Assembly: GCA_964428655.1 (NCBI GenBank)
Contig: CAYRYE010000001.1
Coordinates: forward strand, 462,158 to 526,157
Direction of reading: 5' to 3'
DNA length: 64,000 nt
Source of the DNA: an uncultured Gammaproteobacteria bacterium
GTDB taxonomy: Bacteria > Patescibacteriota > Microgenomatia > UBA12405 > JAHJSD01
The translations under genes and the position numbers were made by a program. Shown here piece after piece: positions 58,998 to 64,000 of the stretch; position 1 is the first letter of the stretch, and each line of letters starts with the position of its first letter. A model generated the notes under the pieces. The model was not told where the DNA came from. It did not search any database and saw only the letters and a program-made list of their open reading frames with translations.

Positions 58998-60063
58998 CGA
59001 AAAAAAGAATCATTTCATCCTCAAGGAGATAAGAAAGGGGAACGTTTTGGCCAGGAAACTTTGTTCCCGGTCCCCAAGCCAAAACTTGGTTAACCCGCTC
59101 AACTAAATCAGTGGAAACGGCCTTAATTGCCTCAAAGATGGTCATACCTTTTCTCAATATTAAGGGGGCTTTAAAATCAGGCTGGCCCTTCTTGTTTCCC
59201 TTAAGATAAATTCTTATTAAGCCTAGCTTCTGCCAAATAGTCTCTTTTAAATTATCCAGCCCTATTTTTTCTTTGGCGCTAATTAAAACTCCCTTTTTAA
59301 TTTTAAGGTCTTTTTTTACATCGATCTTATTAACTACTTCAATTGCCGATAAGTAGATTCTGTTATCGGAAAAAGCATCAATTAGTTGATCTAGAGAAGT
59401 AATTGCTTTTTCAAAACTAATTTCACTATTTTTCAATCCCATTTCTTGAGCAACTTTAATTATTGTTTCCTTTGGAAAACAGACAAAAGGGTCAATTACC
59501 TTTATCCCTCCACGATTGAGTTTTTTAACTTTTACTCTTGGCGGCTGAAGATTGAGTCTAATCCCTGCCTGATAGAGTTCATCCTTAATTTTTTTAAGCC
59601 AGCTAATTCGATTAACATCAATCATTAAAATCACTAAATCCGCCCCTCTAACTACCGAAAGAATCTTCTTTCCCTCTCCTTTGCCAATGGCAGCACCCTT
59701 TACCAGACCGGGAAGATCAAAAATTTGAATCTTAGCTCCCTTGTATTCCATCATGCCTGGAATCACCTTTAAGGTAGTGAAATCATAACTTCCCGCCTTT
59801 GAAAAAGCCTTGGTTATATTATTCAGAAGAGTTGATTTGCCTACCGAAGGAGGGCCAACTAAAACACAAGTAGCATCACCCTGTTTCTTGACTCCATGGC
59901 CTCCTCCTCCAGATTTTGTCAACCCTTCTTCTAGCTCACGTTTAAACTTGGCAATTTTGGCTTTCAGCAAGCCAATATGGTGTTCTGTGCCTTTGTGATA
60001 CGGGGTAGCCCTGATTTCCTCCTCTAATTTACTGATCTTTTCGCTAATTTCTTTTTTTGTCAT
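58987..60063 (-). CDS. DRG-type (OBG superfamily) GTPase with TGS domain
   Basis: TEHHIGLLKAKIAK, VKKQGDA..LVGPPSVGKS, YDFTT, DLPG, NKID, C-terminal KFPGQNV. Confidence 0.9.
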   Translation of the reverse strand: MTKKEISEKISKLEEEIRATPYHKGTEHHIGLLKAKIAKFKRELEEGLTKSGGGGHGVKKQGDATCVLVGPPSVGKSTLLNNITKAFSKAGSYDFTTLKVIPGMMEYKGAKIQIFDLPGLVKGAAIGKGEGKKILSVVRGADLVILMIDVNRISWLKKIKDELYQAGIRLNLQPPRVKVKKLNRGGIKVIDPFVCFPKETIIKVAQEMGLKNSEISFEKAITSLDQLIDAFSDNRIYLSAIEVVNKIDVKKDLKIKKGVLISAKEKIGLDNLKETIWQKLGLIRIYLKGNKKGQPDFKAPLILRKGMTIFEAIKAVSTDLVERVNQVLAWGPGTKFPGQNVPLSYLLEDEMILFFVKK

Positions 60064-60086
60064 TTTGGCTGTGATAAAATCGGCTG

Positions 60087-61511
60087 ATGAAAATTATTAT
60101 AACAGTCATGATCATTTTCGCTCTCTTTTTTAATCAAGTCAAAACTGGATTGGCTATTTCAAACTTAAATTGGGCCAAGAACAAATTTGGTATCCACGTA
60201 AACTCAGACATTAATGATCTTCAATTGGCAACCGAACTGCTTAATACTAACGGCGGTGACTGGGGATGGGTCAACACCGTAATTAGAGAAGATGAGTTAA
60301 ATCAACAACAATGGCAAAATTTCCTCGACCAGTGCCGCCGCCTGCATTTAATACCTATTTTCAGGCTGGCAACAAATATTGAAAATGGCAATTGGCAAAA
60401 ACCAAAAAAAGAAAATATTAAGAGAATGGCTGATTTTCTCAACTCTTTAAATTGGCCAATTAAAGATAGGTTTATCATTGTTTTCAACGAACCAAATAGA
60501 TTCGATGAGTGGGGTGGAAAGGTAAATGCTGAAGGTTATTTTGATATTTTGGATTTTACCGCTGACTATTTCCATAAGATCAATCCTGATTTTTACATCC
60601 TTTCTGCAGGATTAGATTTAGCTGCCCCCCAGAAACCGCCAAAATTTAGCTCGGCCGAAAACTTCTATCGCCAGGGTTATAACCATAAGCCAGAAATCTT
60701 TGAAAAGATAGACGGTCTCGCCTCGCACTCATATCCAAATTACGGTTTCATTGGCCTACCCAGCGATGAAGGAAGAACAAGCATTAAGGGGTACATTTGG
60801 GAATTAGACTACCTCCATCGTTTAGGCATTAAAAATAAGCTGCCTGTTTTTATTACCGAAACAGGCTGGCCCCATCAAGAAGGAATCAATATACAGAAAA
60901 ACTTCTACCCCGCTAAAAAAGTAGTTCAGCTCTTGGAACAATCGTTCAAATTTTGGCTTGCTGACTCAAGAGTAATTGCTGTCACTCCCTTTATTTTAAA
61001 TTACCCCCAGGGGCCCTTTGATCACTTCTCTTGGATCAATCAAGATCAGCAACCCTATCCTCAATTCGATTTGCTAAAGTCATTAAACAAACCGCTTCAC
61101 AAACCACCCCAAAAAGAGAAAATTGTCTTCAAGAAAATATTCCTGCCATTCTTACTAAAAACCAGCCAAAACTACAAGGGAGAAATCGTCTTGAGAAACG
61201 AGGGGGAAAGTATTTGGGGGGAAGAAAGGCAATTTTGCCTTAGACCCTCAAAAGAAAATTCCAACTATATCAAAACTTCCTCTCTCTGTCTTGAGAAAAA
61301 CAAATTAGTCGAACCAGGCAAAGAAGGAGTTTTGGAGTTTGAAATTACTCCCTCAAAAGGAGAAAGCACCAGCCAATTCAGCTGGGAAAAACTGCCTGAT
61401 TTTGAGATTAGGAAATTACCCCAACTTTTTCCCGGGAAAACAATTTATCGCCGCCGCACGGGGGGTCTCTCGGCCTTAATTAGTTGGCTAAGATTAAAGA
61501 TGAACATCTAA
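60087..61511 (+). CDS. Secreted clan GH-A glycoside hydrolase
   Basis: Signal peptide; VFNEPN acid/base, HSYP, FITETGW nucleophile. Confidence 0.82.
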   Translation: MKIIITVMIIFALFFNQVKTGLAISNLNWAKNKFGIHVNSDINDLQLATELLNTNGGDWGWVNTVIREDELNQQQWQNFLDQCRRLHLIPIFRLATNIENGNWQKPKKENIKRMADFLNSLNWPIKDRFIIVFNEPNRFDEWGGKVNAEGYFDILDFTADYFHKINPDFYILSAGLDLAAPQKPPKFSSAENFYRQGYNHKPEIFEKIDGLASHSYPNYGFIGLPSDEGRTSIKGYIWELDYLHRLGIKNKLPVFITETGWPHQEGINIQKNFYPAKKVVQLLEQSFKFWLADSRVIAVTPFILNYPQGPFDHFSWINQDQQPYPQFDLLKSLNKPLHKPPQKEKIVFKKIFLPFLLKTSQNYKGEIVLRNEGESIWGEERQFCLRPSKENSNYIKTSSLCLEKNKLVEPGKEGVLEFEITPSKGESTSQFSWEKLPDFEIRKLPQLFPGKTIYRRRTGGLSALISWLRLKMNI

Positions 61512-61847
61512 ATCTAAATTAGGCGGCTGAAAATCTTTTTGTTGAGAATCAAGTCCCTCTAATTCATTTTTAACACGTTCCCATTTTGTCTCCAGAGTCT
61601 CAGGAAGAATCACCTGTTTGTCCAAATCCTCTACTGGAGTAAGCGCAGGAACTACTGGCTCCTGCCTGCTCCTATCAACCATTCGTCTATCACCTAAAAA
61701 AAGAGTCGTTAAAACTCCTGTCAGGAGGATAACGATTAAAGCCAAAATCACCCATCGAAACCAACCCGGGGTTTTACCCATTGGCTCTTTAAAGAAAATT
61801 CGCTCATCAATATTCTGAACTGATCTTGAACTCGGTTTTATCTTCAT
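61494..61847 (-). CDS. Hypothetical single-TM protein
   Basis: One hydrophobic helix; tightly packed after the upstream gene. Confidence 0.65.
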   Translation of the reverse strand: MKIKPSSRSVQNIDERIFFKEPMGKTPGWFRWVILALIVILLTGVLTTLFLGDRRMVDRSRQEPVVPALTPVEDLDKQVILPETLETKWERVKNELEGLDSQQKDFQPPNLDLDVHL

Positions 61848-61850
61848 TAA

Positions 61851-62603
61851 TCAACTATTAAGATTTTTAATAATCTCACTTAAAAACTCCAAAGAATCCT
61901 GTAAATTCAATTCTGCCTCAGCCGTCATTTTATTTGCTCTTTTCCAATCTCTCAAAATGTCACCAATCCGTCTGACTTTGGATTGGTCCATTAATTCCAC
62001 GGCCGCCTGCTGATTCTGCCCGGCTAAATCTAATTTATTGGTCACCTCCTCAAGCCAGTAACTAATCGCTTCTTCACCACCGCCATCCAAACCCCTCCTA
62101 ATCTCATCTGCTAACTGGGCAATCTTAACCGCCACTTTTTGTTGTTGAAAAACTGTTAATTTATTTAAAAAGATAAAAATCGACCTTTCTATATTAAGGT
62201 ATTCATTCTCCAGCTCTTCGGCAGAGGAAAGCAGTTCCTCCATTGACTGAACAGAATCAATTTTGCTGATATCCTTATCAAGCCAGCCAATCCAGGAACT
62301 AATTTCCAGTAAATCCTTTTCCGGTAGAAGCGAAAAACCCTCATTAAGTAAAAGATTGAGATACCTTCTTAATAAATCATCTCTAGAGATCAAAAATTGC
62401 TTTAATTTTTGGGAAAAACTCTCTTTTGTTTGAAGAGTGCGGTGATTTAAGTAATTCTGTCTCGCGGTAAGATAATCCTGGTGAGACCTCAAGTAATAAT
62501 CTCGCACCACTAAGTAACTATCAGAGGTGCTGAAAACAATGGCCGATCTTGAGAGATAAACTATAAAAAATAATGGAAGTAAAAAAGCCCTAAGAAATTT
62601 CAT
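61851..62603 (-). CDS. Hypothetical secreted helical protein
   Basis: Signal-peptide-like MKFLRAFLLPLFFIV from ATG 62603, which shares its A with the tRNA CCA. Confidence 0.7.
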   Translation of the reverse strand: MKFLRAFLLPLFFIVYLSRSAIVFSTSDSYLVVRDYYLRSHQDYLTARQNYLNHRTLQTKESFSQKLKQFLISRDDLLRRYLNLLLNEGFSLLPEKDLLEISSWIGWLDKDISKIDSVQSMEELLSSAEELENEYLNIERSIFIFLNKLTVFQQQKVAVKIAQLADEIRRGLDGGGEEAISYWLEEVTNKLDLAGQNQQAAVELMDQSKVRRIGDILRDWKRANKMTAEAELNLQDSLEFLSEIIKNLNS

Positions 62604-62688
62604 GGTGCCAGAGGAGGGAGTCGAACCCTCACGCCCAAAGGACACACGGTCCTAAACCGTGCCTGTCTGCCAATTCCAGCACTCTGGC
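62603..62688 (-). tRNA. tRNA-Leu(TAG)
   Basis: Acceptor GCCAGAG/CTCTGGC, loop TTTAGGA, encoded CCA. Confidence 0.95.
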
Positions 62689-62724
62689 TAATGTTCCAAG
62701 CTTAACACAAATTAAGAGGAGGGC

Positions 62725-63228
62725 TCAAATCTTATTCATAATTGAGCTGATCAAATTACCCCAGCGAGGATTAGGGGGGGCATAAACTTTCCCAATGGCC
62801 GCAGGACTAGTTAGACCTCGATTATAATAATTCTCTCTCAATTTTTGAGAAACATGATAGATTGAATCTTGCCAACCGCTAAACCTAATATAGCCGCCTC
62901 CCCAGCCATAGGCGTTATAGCTGCCCAAAATCAACCTTTTTCCAAAACTAGACTCTAAACCAGCAATAGCCGGGAGCAGGCGCCAGTCAATCCCCCAAAA
63001 ATCAGCCGCCTGAATAAAATCGTTAGAAAAACTTATTAACGGTGATTTTTTGGCTTTCAAGAAGTAATAGAGTCTCAACTGCCTATAATCAAGGCGATTA
63101 GGCCCATAGCTCTGGCTAGACAGTTTTGCCGAAGAACCGGCAATAGGAACCACTCGGCCCTGAACTGTCCGAACACGAAAGAAAAACAATCCTAAACCAA
63201 TAGAAATAAAAAGAAAGAATTTTTTCAT
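62725..63228 (-). CDS. Glucosaminidase/lysozyme-like secreted protein
   Basis: A...GIDWRLLPAIAGLESSFG, YNAYGW, YAP. Confidence 0.75.
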   Translation of the reverse strand: MKKFFLFISIGLGLFFFRVRTVQGRVVPIAGSSAKLSSQSYGPNRLDYRQLRLYYFLKAKKSPLISFSNDFIQAADFWGIDWRLLPAIAGLESSFGKRLILGSYNAYGWGGGYIRFSGWQDSIYHVSQKLRENYYNRGLTSPAAIGKVYAPPNPRWGNLISSIMNKI

Positions 63229-63231
63229 GGT

Positions 63232-63279
63232 TAAAATGAAAAATCCCAGAGTTCACTCTTAGCAAGATTACCCTGGGAT
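63232..63279 (-). terminator. Terminator-like hairpin with U-tract in the 5' UTR of the glucosaminidase-like gene
   Basis: ATCCCAGGGT...ACTCTGGGAT 10-bp stem followed by TTTTCATTTT on the minus strand. Confidence 0.55.
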
Positions 63280-63288
63280 CTAAAGTGG

Positions 63289-63317
63289 AGTATATCAATA
63301 TCTTATAGTATTGTCAA
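63289..63317 (-). promoter_or_regulatory. Near-consensus sigma70 promoter
   Basis: TTGACA-17 nt-TATACT with TG extension. Confidence 0.8.
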
Positions 63318-63322
63318 GTGGA

Positions 63323-64000
63323 TTAAACCTTTTTTAGAAGAAGGAAAATGCTGGGCCCAAAATTAACTTTTCCCAAGAAAAATTGAGATTTTTCCTCCAA
63401 GCATAACAATACTTTAGGAGGCAAAATTCTTTTAAAAATAGAGGAACGGAAATTAGAAGAAGAAAGCTTGATTATAACTTCAAAACCCAATTTTCTAAAC
63501 AGTCTATCAATCCAAAGAGGATGATAATTGACAAAAGGAATTGTGCTCATATTTGATTTCTTCTGAGACTGTCTGTTAACTGGCTCCAAACCAAAAACTT
63601 CCTTGCGATATTTACAACATAATAAACACAACAGTTTTGCCTTAAAATTAGCCTTATTTGCAAACTCAAGAATGAAAAATCCACCCGGCTTTAATACCCT
63701 GGCCACTTCTTTAGCCACTTTTTCCGGGAATCTCAAATGATGAAACACTCGAACCATTAAAACAGTGTGGAATTTTTCATCTTTAAAAGGAATGTCTTCA
63801 CCAAACCCAAGTTTAAATTCAAGATTATTTTTAATTCTAAGTCTCTCTTTTGCCTCGCTAAGTAACTTTTTTGAAGGATCAAGAAGGACACAGTGGTTAA
63901 ATTTGTCAGCGTAAACATGAGTCAGTCTGCCAAAACCAGCACCAATGTCAAGAATGTTTTGCCGCATTTTAGGAGAAATTCTCTTAATTAAGGTTCTAAG
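63323..64000 (-). CDS. Class I SAM-dependent methyltransferase (5' end outside window)
   Basis: ILDIGAGFGR, RVFHH, RVLKPGG; frame open to the window end. Confidence 0.88.
   Translation of the reverse strand, partial: LRTLIKRISPKMRQNILDIGAGFGRLTHVYADKFNHCVLLDPSKKLLSEAKERLRIKNNLEFKLGFGEDIPFKDEKFHTVLMVRVFHHLRFPEKVAKEVARVLKPGGFFILEFANKANFKAKLLCLLCCKYRKEVFGLEPVNRQSQKKSNMSTIPFVNYHPLWIDRLFRKLGFEVIIKLSSSNFRSSIFKRILPPKVLLCLEEKSQFFLGKVNFGPSIFLLLKKV

Noticed and set aside
62604-62645. N-terminal extension MSFGREGSTPSSGT
   Set aside because: Inside tRNA-Leu(TAG)
57180-62688. Repeated GTGCTGGAATTGGCAGACAGGC as a CRISPR or mobile repeat
   Set aside because: It is the shared D-arm of four tRNA-Leu genes; no regular spacers, no cas genes
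1-64000. TGA reassignment (code 25 or 4)
   Set aside because: Core genes such as glyQS, rsmH and ppsA end in TGA and are full length in code 11
1-64000. Numerous 60-190 aa antisense or alternate-frame ORFs nested in core genes
   Set aside because: Nested in well-supported genes, with no motifs or initiation signals

Overview
Gene-dense, AT-rich bacterial chromosome segment in the standard code (many core genes end in TGA). Gene content and compaction suggest a Patescibacteria/CPR genome, probably Microgenomates group (inference, not tested). Order: glycosyltransferase cluster, DUF4012, recO-glyQS, a division cluster without Mur ligases (mraZ-rsmH-ftsL-ftsI-ftsW-murG-?-ftsA-ftsZ-rodA), rplU-rpmA, HTH-only ParB, lepB, polX, lemA-htpX-clpB, rarA, gatCAB, dnaE, rplS, lower glycolysis (ppsA, eno, gpm), rsmI, secG, trxA, a DRG-type GTPase, and 15 tRNA genes. 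No integrase, transposase, CRISPR array or rRNA was seen. Most notable: (1) two GC-rich hairpin elements (39 and 69 nt) apparently inserted in frame inside protein genes; (2) a stand-alone protein resembling the cyanophycin-synthetase N-terminal metallopeptidase domain; (3) tRNA-Leu genes sharing a nucleotide with a neighbouring start or stop codon; (4) an orphan tRNA-Gly 5' half; (5) a PolX with an Asp-to-Asn change in its catalytic triad; (6) repeated leaderless-type promoter architecture. All family calls are by motif recognition, not database search.
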